A stretch of DNA of 64,000 nucleotides from Paragordius varius. Lineage: Eukaryota > Animalia > Nematomorpha. Positions 48,832-61,572 of this stretch are shown here, piece by piece. A program made the position numbers and the translations under genes. The notes under the pieces were generated by a model. The model searched no databases, was not told where the DNA came from, and saw only the letters and a program-made list of their open reading frames with translations. The stretch covers positions 4,402,001 through 4,466,000 of the forward strand of contig OZ176053.1 of the NCBI GenBank assembly GCA_964247055.1, in the 5' to 3' direction. The stretch's first letter is position 1. Each line of letters begins with the position of its first letter.

Positions 48832-51384
48832 CTGTGTATAATTTAATAAATAGTATAAAGTAGATGTTTATGATGGGATTATTATAAAACTAATAAAATA
48901 ACTTACATAGCTAGTTTTCGTTTAATTTAGTTTGCCATACGTTTTCTTTTGTGGGAATACTTAGCTCTCAATCTTGTTATGTATAATTTATATTGTCCTA
49001 TTATTGAATTTATTTAACCTGTGCGTCACAAAAATCATTATTGATACTTTTTATGTCCTCCATATATCACTTTAAAATGCTATCAACTTTATTGTCCAAA
49101 TTTTTCTGCAGCAATCCATTTTAAGAATTACTTTTAATACGTACCCTTAATTTTTCCACATTACTCTGTTTATAGTACCTTACACACAACTTTTAAAACA
49201 TTAATTTATTTTTTTTTCTTAAGGTAGGAAGTCTGGTATAAATGACTTCGTGGGCCGCATTTACAGCCCGAAAACATCCCGCGCCATCTTTTTTAAACAA
49301 GCATGTTGTCTATTTGTACACTAATTAACCACTAACAAAACATACTTTCTATAGCTGGAAACTGGAATGTAAAAGTCTTACACTACCTTTTCACTCGTGA
49401 CATATTGGGGTAGGTAGTATCCTAGAGCTCAATCTTGTAAATAAACTACTGTTTTGAGAGTTATTTTAGTTATATAATTATCAAACATTTTATCATATAC
49501 TAGATAAAAAGGCTCATTTTTTAAAGTTTTGTGACTTATAGAGTCTAAAATTGGGCTAGCTTCAAAAGGCGATTAGAACAGCTGATATTTACATCAATTT
49601 ATAACAGGTATTTCTAGTAAAATGTAACCTGAAAACTTCTTTAAGTTAATTCACATTTTTTAACCATAAACATTTATTTGCTTGTTTTAAAAAATTAAAA
49701 AAATGGCGGTGAAAACGTTTAAGGATTTTAATGCAATCATATTTTTAAAAGTCTATACAAAACGCCTAAAAGGCTAAGAAAACATATTTGTAAATTTGGC
49801 TCAATAACCCAAATATTTTATAGAAGAGAATTTTTAGCCCGCACGGGGGAAAGTTGCGAAGTGGCTCGTGGTATAAAAAAGCCTTTTTTGAATGTAAGAT
49901 ATGAGAATTTTTTTGAGGTGGGCGTGCATATAGCTTATTGGGGACAGCTGTTTTTTTTCTTGACCCTGTCAATCGTTGCACAATAAAATATTTAATTTTA
50001 AAATATAAACGATTTTGAAATAAGTACTTTGATAAAAGCACCAAAAGGCGATAAAAATTTTAAATATTAGATATATACACCAGATAAACTTGAGATAAAA
50101 TTATTAAATGATAAATAAAAAATATGGATTGAAATATAAAAAACAAAGATGAACCCTTTATTTTAAAAATTTAATATTAGCAAATCAATGACATATTAAA
50201 AATTTTATCATTTTAGCAGGCCACATTTCAAAATGCGAGGCGCGCTTGAGCTAAATAATCGAATAACCACATAGAAAACATATTCGAACAAGCATTATAA
50301 ATTCTTTATTGGGTTTGGTTATTACCTTAGATAAACAAAATATAACATATGTCGTTGATTTTGGTAAAAATTATACATTTCTTTTATTTTGAAAAATTGA
50401 ATATGAAACCTATATACGTGGAACCCTTTCTAATATTTTTTAAAGATAAAACTATTTGAAGACCCAAATATATCATTTCCAATATATTCGAATGTGTAAA
50501 TCGGGTATGTTTATGCATACTTATATACCCCTAATCTCTAAAATTTTGCTTTGTTGAGCATTGAAAAAAATATAAATTATTGTTTTTCATTATGACACTT
50601 TATTTTTTGATTTTTTAACGGCAGTGGTGTTATTTGTCCTAGAGCTTAGAACTAAACCCAGTAACGAGAGCTATTATAAGCCATTTGTTTTAATTGGCTT
50701 AAAGTGAATATGATTTACATATATGCTCTCGTGGGATATTTTTCGGTTTTAGTTATTTGAAATTATGGAAAAAATGCAGCGTTCAATTAATATGAAACTA
50801 AATGAGATGTTTGATACTAGCAACTAAATTAAATATCTTTCAACTACCCTTCTATTTGAAGGTGCTAGTAATGTTGGCATCATAGAATTATATAATAAAC
50901 TTCTATAATTAAAGCTCTTTTATACCGTTTCCATTATGACTCAGGCCTCAGAATAATTTTGCTATAAATTAAATATAAATACCATTTTTCTGAAAAACTG
51001 TTTTTGATATCAAATTTTAGCATATATTTTCACGCAATCTCGGCATATTGGTGTTTATTTTAAGAGAACTAGCCCATTTTAGATGAACGAAAAATTGGCC
51101 TATTCGGACCCTTAAAAATATTTTTTTCAAATTAAGTTGCTTATTATACGGTGCGCAGCAAAAATTAAAGCTTTATGAATCATATGTCATTCGATTACTA
51201 ATAGATTTAGGAAAATGAATATAGATATGATATATGCGCTTACTAGAAATAAAGTTATTTCAATTATACTGTTAGCCATAATCAAAAAATCGCATTTTTC
51301 TCGCTTATTATGTCAATAAAATTATATACAATAGATGAAAACGTGTCAACTAATTTTTTTTAAATATATTATCAAAGATAATAC

Positions 51385-52035
51385 GTTATTTCCGGATGGT
51401 TTACAAGAATATATGCTAAAAATGGCACTTGGTGTCATATTCCAATTAACTAAACTTCTTATTTTAATTTTTATATATTAATTCTATATATAGAGTTTAA
51501 ACAATTTATCATCTTAAGCTTATAGATAATTTCCACCAAAGCGGAAGCTGCATATAATTTTTACAAAACATTCAATATATATTATAAATACTTTATCGAT
51601 AAAATTCGATGCAGAAATAAGATTTATCATCTCAGATTAATAATTTTGGAATTTTTTTTACCCGTAAATATTAATTATATATTTTTCGTTCCATTTTGGC
51701 TATTATTATCGGCTTTAGGGCAAATCTCACCAAATCAAAAAATTAAATGGATCGATCTTTTTTTCTTCAAATTGCATGGAAAAGGTAGTCATAATAGATA
51801 TATTGAATGTTTGTAAAAATTGCAGCAGCTTCCGCTTTAAAAACCAGAAAATTATCTTTTTATATAAGCTTAAATTTTTCTAAGGCGATATATTTGGTAA
51901 ATTCTACAGTGTTAATATATGTTTGTTTTAATAAAAATTAAAATATTTAATTGCATAGTAACAAGTTTACTTGATTCAAATATGACGCCAAGTGCGATTT
52001 CTTAGCTTATATTCTTGCAAGCCTTTCTAGGACCC
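51385..52035. repeat. Old, diverged inverted-repeat pair (~51385-51600 and ~51785-52035), likely a fold-back element relic
   Basis: Shared blocks CAAGAATAT..GCTAA..GCACTTGG.GTCATAT and AAAGCGGAAGCTGC..ACATTCAATATAT occur in opposite orientation. Confidence 0.6.
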
Positions 52036-53690
52036 TCCAAAAAATGCACAATCTTTATTGATATTATTTTGCATTAAGAGTTTATTCTTATGCTATATTT
52101 AAACAAAGTTGACACCTTTTCATCTAATTTTAATTTTATTTGGCCTAATGTACGATGAAAATACTATTTAATTTTGGCTACCATATTAATTTTCATTACT
52201 CTGAAACGTTTAGCTATCGAATGATATATGGTTTATTAACTTTTACCTTATGATCGCCACTTTTGCCGCACAGTGTTATATGTAGCTTATATATTTTAGC
52301 TATATTTTTTGGAATAGAGCATTGAGCTTTCACCGATTTTTTTTAAAATGTGCGTAACGCCATTTTTCGACATAAAGTAGTCAACACAAAAGTGTGAATA
52401 TTTTACACTCCGATACAAAACCGCATTTCCCTCCGATTTAAATTGGACCCGGCCTGTTTAAATTCAAATCTTAATGGAACAAATTAAGACCATTGCAAAA
52501 GCTTGCATTAATACGACATTGATTCACCTAATTTTAGAAATATAGATTTTAATAAAACTTCATATTACTTAATTTATGAGACCTCAAGGTAAGAATTTAG
52601 TCATGACATATGTGCAATAGCTAAAAATAAGAATGGTGCAATATAAACCCTTCTGTTTGTATCAATATTAGATATATTTTATATATGATATTAGTAATTA
52701 TGGCTTTAAAATCAAATAAACACCATATTTTGCAAAAATTTTGTGAAATAAGAGAAAAGTAGTTGATTATGGAACATTTTCAAAACTAACTTTTATTTAA
52801 ATGTGGCTTATAATATAATTTTTATTAAGATTGTTTTTTTTCAGTAGTTTTTTTAAAATATTTGCTTGTATAATTTAGGGTTACTGAATATCAATTTTAA
52901 TCAAAGTTACAAATCACTCTTAAGAGCCAAAACCAAAAGTCCATGATAATCCTTATGCATTTTCCCATCAGAATATATTATAATCAGGAATTTTTTACAC
53001 CTCTCCCGATTTTGGAGGCGGTGTAATATTGCATTTATTTATCGTGCGAGGGGGCTAAATATCTACTTTCCGTGCCCACATCTAAATATCAATTCTACAA
53101 AAATAATATTTTGATTTTTAAATTATATTTTTGATATATTGTGCGCTAATTATATTATCATTGAGCAATTGCCACAAAAAATAACTGTCCTATATCATTC
53201 GTGAGCATAAAGAGCATCATGGAATTAACGTTTCTTTGGGATATATTTATGTAACCAAATAGTCTGCAGTGCTCTAGTTGCCTTTATAAGATCAAAAATT
53301 ACTACAAACAGAAAATAATCTTTAAAACCAAGAAATAAATACTGATATATTTTTCTTTCATATTATATATTTGAGGATATTTTCATCCCAATTTTATCAG
53401 TTGCATTTTAAAATAATAGATTGATTAGTCTTATTAAGATTACATTATGGATACAAATGGGTCAATAATAAATATTTAAATTTAAACATGGCTTTAAATT
53501 TAAATATCCGGGTATAGATTATTTTTAATATTTTTATCAACAAACATGCTAACTAATAAAAATAATGTCAGAACTCAATTATGTTAGAAAACATATGAAA
53601 AACATATATGTATTTTATCATATTGTAACATTGTAGACGGTGTTTTCAAGGTACTTTTCGACCAATTCATAACTTTAATAATTTGACATA

Positions 53691-56600
53691 ATGTCTAGTG
53701 GCCCAAGAATTGACAAAGATTATATTCGTACACAAAGTGGCATACTGAAAGTTGCTCAAATAGTATATTTTATTTTCTCCTATATATATCATTTTTAAAG
53801 AATAAAATATATTTATAACTGTATTAAATATTTTTTAGATCGTAAGCTTACTTGGATTTATTTGTTCAGCATCGAGTTGGCGATCATATTATGCAGCGGC
53901 TGGGTGGTTTGAATTCGTTTCTTTTACTGCCTTTATTATAACCCTAATTCTTCTCATTTTTTATGTACTGCGTATAATAGCCATGGGTAGACCATTATCT
54001 AATCTCCCTTGGTATATGATAGTAAGTTTTTTCCATATTTTTACAACAATTTTTTAGATTAAATAGTTAAAGCACTTCATTACCACTTTGCTAAAAAATG
54101 TTTGTTGATTTAATCGATTTTTATTAAATAATACTTTATAGTTACTAGGAATTAATAATGTTTTTTTCCCAATATATCATTTGTTATTTATTAAAAATTC
54201 AATTAATTAAAAATTGTGTACAAAAGTAAGCACCGGACTATTTATCAATTAACCGCCCATAAGTATTAATTAACATCAGTGTTTTATGAAAAAAAACATA
54301 GCTAATTGTCTCACTTTATTTTTGGTGTATTATTTATTTATAAAAATAATTTCTTGTGGCGGAACATTATGATATATTAAAATAACCACGCCCTATTATT
54401 TTTCATACCATATATTTAACATTGTGATGACAAATTTATTTGTCATGCTTAAAATTAATACTATAACGGGTGTATTTTATTTCATTTAATTGTTGCTAAA
54501 ATAATGTGTTTTATCCTTTTAGGAATTTATGTATTGTGCAATTTGGGCATTCTTCTTTCTCATCGCCTCTCTCGTTTTAGCCTTAAAGCTTGGGCGAGCT
54601 CGGGCTCTGGCCGCCGCCGCGGTAAGAAAATTATTTTATCTTATTAAAGGGTATTGTTGAATTTTTTATATTTTAATATCTTTAATCAAACAATTTCTCA
54701 TCCGTTTTAGTCTCATTTTGTGGAAACTTAATTTATTCTTAATAAAATATTTTTTTACAAAATATTACGTTAGGACTGTTTTTTTTTCATTTTCCATAAG
54801 GTAAACTTGTGCGCATTATTTTCCTAGCAAAAAGTTTTCTTCTATTTTACCCAATGATGGAGCTAATTTATAATTTTAAGACATAATTTTTCGTGAATTA
54901 ATTCGTCCGATCTCATATTTTAAAAAAGAGGTGGTATATAATTTTAAATTTGTAACGAAGAGTAAATTAGTTATAGTTATGTAATCATAAACTGTTAGAA
55001 AAAATTTTTTAAAGTGTGGGTATGAAAATAGATGTGTTTTGCTTTTTCTTCCATAAAATATAATAAATGTTAATTTCAAATACAGTCATGTATCCTTTAT
55101 TTTATAGAAAAACTATTTTCTTTCGTTAAATGGGTATAAATTTTTGGCGAATGAAAAAAACAAGAGCTCTATGGTATTAACAATATCATATTCATCAAAA
55201 TATAATAATTACCATAGATCTCTTGTTTTTTCCGTTCTCTACCAAATATAATACTCATTTAACGAAAAAAATTGATAGTATAAAGGATAGATGACTGTAA
55301 ATTAGCAAAATTATGTGGATTTACTGTATCAAAAAAATAAAATTGTTTTTACTTCAACATTTCTTAAGTTTTAGCGAATTTTGTAAACACAAACTAAAAG
55401 CTAACAAAATGTAATGTGCTTTTAATTACATTTTTTTCGATGGTCATTTTTCAATGTCATAATTTATTATGTATATTCAATACGTAAGTAATGTATGCTA
55501 TTTCTAAAATATATATATTTGCTACCATACAATAATTACTTCCTATATGCGTTCATTAATGTATAGATGTTTTTATAAAGCTGTTAATATTATTAAATAA
55601 AATATAAAAATTACAACTTTATAATCTAAATATATTTTTTGTATTTAGCTATTATATATATATAGTAGTATAAGATTCTACAAAGCAAAGCGGTTGCTTA
55701 CATATAGTTCTATTATATTTTTCTTTATTAATTATATTGTACTTTTTAAATAATATCTTATTTCTGAATTAGTTTATTTTACTATTACAAGGTTTTACAC
55801 TCAAAATTGTTTTATGGCTGAATCTATGTTGATAAAAATAGTATATAATTTTGTCCCAATATATATTTTTACTCTTCAATCTTAAACGTTAATTCATTAC
55901 CAATTATAGAAAATATTTTAGTATTTTATAATACCTTAATTTTCAAAATGATTTGAGTTTTTTAGGTTGTTGTTATAGAAATACATTATTATTTTACGTG
56001 TTTAGCGACTTTATAAAGGGCACGAAATGTGCCATATTGTTTTATATATTTATACAAATATGCCAAAAATATCAATAATACACCCTATTTGGCGTTAATA
56101 ACAATAATATGTGTTATATAACGATTAAAAAAGTATCGCCATATAAATGCTATGTTAATATCATATAAGTATAAAATAAAATTACTAATTATTTACAATT
56201 TATTAATCAATTATACCTATAAATAATAGATTAGAAAGTAAATATAATACTTGTTCAGTTTTTTTTCGCAAAATCGGGTTGATCCATATTTTTAATATTA
56301 TAACTTATAAAAAAATAAAATTTGTTCCATCTTTTCATAAAATCCGTTTATACGCACCATTAACGATTCGAATTTATCCTTAAAAAATTTAAATTCACCC
56401 TCGAACAATTCAAATTCAACCTTAAACAATTCAAATTTACCCTAAAAATAAATTGTGTTTTCGGGCTAATATAACTCATCATTAATATGATATAAATTTT
56501 TACCAGATAATTTATTATTTTTTCAGCATTAAATTAATTTTAAACAGAATATTATATATTAAAATATTAAAAATTAAAGGTAATTTTTATTTATTTTAGA

Positions 56601-57363
56601 GTGAATTTGAATTGTTGAGGGTAATTGAATTGTTGAGGGAATTTGAATTGTCCAAGGGTGAATTTAAAATAATCAAGGGTAATTTAAACTGTAAATGGAA
56701 TAATATGATTCGATACGGATCATTGTATAAATAAAACATAAAAATTTAACATATGCCATAATTTCCGAAACTGTATAGACTTATAATAGCCATAATAATT
56801 TTTAATAGCCTTTTTTAGTAGAAAATTATTTTAAGCCATATTTCAAAAAATAGCAGTTAGCCTTTTATCTATATGATATCAAATAAATCGCTTTTTTATC
56901 ATGCAATATAAGTGTCAGTATATTCCGTTTAACGAAAAATTATAATTAAGCATAACTTTGCATATTGTCAATAAGCATATTTGTATTTTAAAAAATTTAA
57001 TATCAATCAACTTCCCCGTGATGTTGGATGGATCACTTTTAGTGAAAAACAAAAAAAAGGTTTTTTTTCACATGGGCATAGAAGAAAAACTTTGTATTCA
57101 ACTATATCCATTGCATTTGAAAATAAGCAAACTTTAATTTCAAAGTACAAATTAGAAGTACGTTTCAAAATAAACATTTTTATAATTCCTGATTATAATG
57201 TAAAATATCTTGGATATAGTTTTTTGGATTCCTTGCTATGGTTTTGTACGCTTATGATGCTTTCCTTAAACTTCGACTTTGGAAATCTGGGGAAGTTCCC
57301 GCCGCAATCAGTAATGCACGATCAGGGCCCACTACAACCTCTTCTGTTACATTACCACCTTAA
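53691..57363 (+). CDS. MARVEL-domain four-TM protein (CMTM/plasmolipin-like), 165 aa. Exons: 53691-53762, 53839-54021, 54523-54621, 57220-57363
   Basis: DYIRTQSGILKVAQI|IVSLLGFIC..GWFEFVSFTAFIITLILLIFY..LPWYMI|EFMYCAIWAFFFLIASLVL..ALAAAA|FFGFLAMVLYAYDAFLK. All junctions are phase 0 GT-AG. Confidence 0.88.
55083..55297. mobile_element. Short 215-bp member of MITE family C
   Basis: TA|CAGTCATGTATCC...GGATAGATGACTG|TA. The terminal ~100 bp resemble the 27081-27939 element and the whole is almost a hairpin. Confidence 0.85.
56385..56691 (+). mobile_element. Fold-back MITE family B copy 3
   Basis: It has the same 21-bp repeats and interior (TGTGTTTTCGGGCTAA) as 15869-16166. Confidence 0.8.
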
Positions 57364-58108
57364 ATAATTTTTATTTTACATTTTCAATTGAACCTTTTTT
57401 TGATTTCTTTCATTATTTAAACTATTAATTAAAAATCTATTTGTTATTTAAAATCCACTTTATCACCTTTAATGTGACATGGAGTTAAGTGCAACCAACC
57501 ATTCTCTGCGGCCTTATCATATCTCAACAATGCATGAATCAAACTTTAATGCAATTTAGTTATTATTGTAAAAAATGTGTGTATAACGATTCCGTCCAAT
57601 ATATTAACCATTTCCAACTATGTTAGGGTTATTTGTAAATGAACACCATATTCAAAAAATTAATTACATTATATATGTATTTTTTTATGTGATTATTTAT
57701 CATTTGATTTATTTAAATAATTATCAAATAGTTATTTTTTAAGTTAACAAAGATATCCGGTTCTTAGTTTTGTGAATATAGTCCATATTAATGTTACATA
57801 TCCAAACTAATATTATATTGTATGAAAGTTTAAATCATGGAAAATTATTTTTAATACTAATATATTTACTATATATATTTAATTGATATTGTAATCACTT
57901 TTTCAAATATAATTATTATCTATATACACGTCATATATTTTTCATCCTAATAAATTTTATTGATATTTATTTGATTTTTTCTCAGAACAAATTCATTAAA
58001 TTAACTGATATATTTGTTTGTGATCGATATGCTATCAGATTGGCTTTTATATGGAAAAGACGGTCAATTTAACTTTACACAGTGTCCACCAAATAATTTA
58101 CTTATATA

Positions 58109-58280
58109 CAGTAGCGTAGGAGTAAAAGATTGTTAGTGCAAAATAGAATAAAAAAATGTTTTTTTTTGAAAAAACAATCCTAGTTGTAAGTACACATACG
58201 TATAATATCCCCTTGTTTTGTTAAAAAAACAATTTTTTATACTATTATGGACTAATATTGTTTTACTCCATACGCTACTG
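58109..58280. mobile_element. TA-flanked Tc1/mariner-type MITE, 172 bp
   Basis: TA|CAGTAGCGTAGGAGTAAAA...TTTTACTCCATACGCTACTG|TA. Confidence 0.85.
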
Positions 58281-59184
58281 TATACATATTGATAGGAAAA
58301 TGTATTAGGATTATCATGGTGCTTTTGGTTTTGCCCTTACGACTGTTATAAATAGTAAGTTTTTAAAACTTTTGTGGTAAGTGCTCCATATAGAAAATGA
58401 CGAAATTTGCGCACATTTTTTACATATTTTTGGTGAAAGATAAATGCTTAATTCCATATAACATCACTAACATATATGAAAAAATCCCTATAAAAAGCAA
58501 AACAATTTTTCAAAAGAATATTAATTTCAAATGTGGCTTCTATAAGTTCCAAATTTTTTCACTTTTCTAAATGGTCAGTTCTTTTAAAATAAACACAATG
58601 CCGAGATCGGGCCGGTAAAAATTTTAATATAGGCTGAATTTTGATATAAAAAAATTTTTTTTCTATATAATTCTTTGATGCTAAATATTTCTCTTGTCAA
58701 CAGATTTTTAATATAAATTAAGTTTTCAGAAATATGAAAGTAAACTGAACCTTTAAATTAAAATTTTGAAGCGATAGAAATTTAAGCATTTAATTATATA
58801 TAGAACGTGTTTTAAAAAATCCAATACTGTTTTTATTCCGTTTCCCTAAAAATTAAATTTTTATAATAAGTATTAATTTTTAGAAATATATTTTATATCA
58901 AAATTTAGCATTATTTAAATTTTTTATCGCGCAATAGCTTTTTTGCGTTTACTTTAAAAACATTAGCCAATTTTAAAAGAGCGAAAATACTTGGGACTTT
59001 CGGAGTTTACATTAAATTTACGTTTTTTGAAAATATTTGTTTTGCTATTTATATGGATTTTTTGCTATATTTTAGTGATATTTTTTGGAATAAAGCATTT
59101 ATCTTTCATTAAAAAAAATTACTAACATTCGGATACAACACATTCATTTAAGTCCTTCGATTCAAATTCCCCAGGCTTGTTTAA

Positions 59185-60097
59185 CACTTGGATACACATT
59201 CATTTTAGTCCTTCGATTCAAATTGGATAGTTAACTACCCCAGGCCTGTTTAAAATTTTACTCTTTAAAAATATAGAAGAAATCGAAACCATGGCAAAAT
59301 TTTGCACTTATATAACATTAATAAACCGATATATAAAAAATTTATTTAAACATTCTTGATAATACTTAATTTAAATTAAGCTAAAACCAAAAGATAAAAA
59401 TAACGTGACATGTGTGCAATGGTAAAATCGAAAAATAATACAAAATAAACCGCTGTTTCTAATTCTATCAATGTTAGATGTTATTTAAATATATAATGCT
59501 TTAATTTTACCTTTAAAATTCAGTAAAGACAATTTTTTCAAAAAATATGTTAAATAAAAATGGCCTCGAAGTAGTTTGACATGGAACTTTTTTTCTAAAA
59601 CAAAATTTTATTTAATTATTTTGACATATTTATATAATTTTTATTAGGATAGAAGCATAAATTTAATTTGGGACCGTTTCCTTCAGTAGTTTTTTAAAAA
59701 TCCTAACTCAAATTTGGTCGGGGGTATTTAGATACCCCAATTTAAATCGAAGTGCTAAAATTAATACTTTAATCAACATGAAATGTGTACATTGGCTTAA
59801 TTAAAAAATAATAAAAAAACGACTTATTCTATTTCTATCAATGTTAGATGTTATTTAATTAAATTTTAACTTTAATTTTACCTTTAAAATTAATGACGAC
59901 GATATTTTGCAAATAAATAAAAATGGCGTCGAGGTAGTTTGACATGGAACTTTTTTTAAATGCAATTTAATGTTTTGGCTTATTTATATAATTTTTATTA
60001 GGATAGATGCATAAATTTAAATTGGGACCTTTTCCTTCAGCAGTTATTAACTTTATTTAATCTGAGGTATTTAGATACCATGATTTGAAGCGAAGTG
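59185..60097 (-). mobile_element. Family A element copy 2 (59185-59754) plus a tandem partial copy (~59815-60097)
   Basis: Reverse complement of 7443-7994, with termini TTAA|CACTT and GAAGTG|TTAA. Confidence 0.75.
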
Positions 60098-61572
60098 TTA
60101 AACAAAAGGGTGCAAATATTGCCATGATAGGGAGCGTTTACAAAAGTGTAAATAAGTTAAATTATATGACTCGTAAGAGCCAAAAAACCAAAAGCATCAT
60201 AATAATCCTGATAAATTTCCATATATAATATTTCATCAGGTTATTTATTGTACACATAATTTAAGACGTAGTATATTATATATATATATATATATAACTA
60301 TCATAGTATTAAATCGATTTTTGTGTATAAAGCATAGCCGACAAAATATAATTCCGTAGGCACTCTCAGATGGCATAATTTTAATAATAGATCAAACTTA
60401 AGGCATTGGGAATATCATTGATGAAAAGGATTCAATTTTATTAGATAAAGCAGAAGACCGTTTACTATTAATACAATTAATTTAGCTATTCATCGAGAGA
60501 TAGATGGCTTTACTTATATTGTTATCTATTAAGGGTTTTCGGCAAAACAAATTTCCAAGTTTTCCTATTAGAACTAACAATGCAGTATTTGGGGAGGTTT
60601 TGTTAAATATCGAAAAATAATTCAAATTGTTAGGCCAATTTTGAATATTTTTAAAACCTTTTACGCATGCCCAACAATAGTATTAAAAAATTATAGAAGT
60701 TTTAAATTTTTTTATCTCAAATCTTTCACCTTCCTTTATAATTTTTGAAATTGATAAGTGATAAATAAGTGTATAATATGGCTAAAATTTTATTAATGCT
60801 TAATTACATTTTATTAGGTAATTTTAAATATCTCTTGATTTGGATATGGTTTCCTTTTTAGGAGGTATCTGAATTTGAGATAGAAGTTAGAAAACTATGG
60901 TAACTTTTTTATAAAATGCAGACAGGGTTTGATAATAATGGTAACCAAAACAACCTTTATATTTGTAGTAAAAGTTTAAACTCTGGGTATGAATTAATTG
61001 TAGTCTTCCATAAAATTAAATAGTATGAAGTGTGAAAATTACAGTTATTTATTTAAGAATAGTGATAATTGCAGTATATAATAAATTTATTTAAGATGAT
61101 CATATTTTTTTCGACGAATATAATTTTAGAAATCTATATAGTATAAAATCACCAATTTGATAGATTTTTATAGGAAAACGACGGTGAATATATTCTAGAC
61201 AGCGTGTGCCGAATTTTGGTCAATTTAGTTTTTGATTCTAAAATTTATGATACTTCGCACTCATAATTGAAAAAAAATTTGGGCTTAACGTTGCATGTTT
61301 TATATTTTTCATAGAAATTTTTGTTTGCATTTTGAAATATTTTTTTGAATAATCCACAAAAGCCATAGATGTTTCATATAAAAGAGGCTATAAAAGCCCT
61401 CAACTTGAAGTTTAAAGGACATTTTTTGTATAAAGAAAAAAAAACAAGTAGTAATTAAGTAATAAGTTGCAAAGAATCTTAATATTATTATTTTTACTGC
61501 AAGTAATCGGGAGATATTCTCCCTATTTATTTTAAATAATAAAATCATATTGTACCTATTTTTGTGTGGCTC

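Noticed and set aside
48900-53600. Short ORFs and GC-rich patches in this long intergenic stretch
   Set aside because: No motifs or splice-consistent models were found. The patches resemble degraded transposon ends seen elsewhere in the window.
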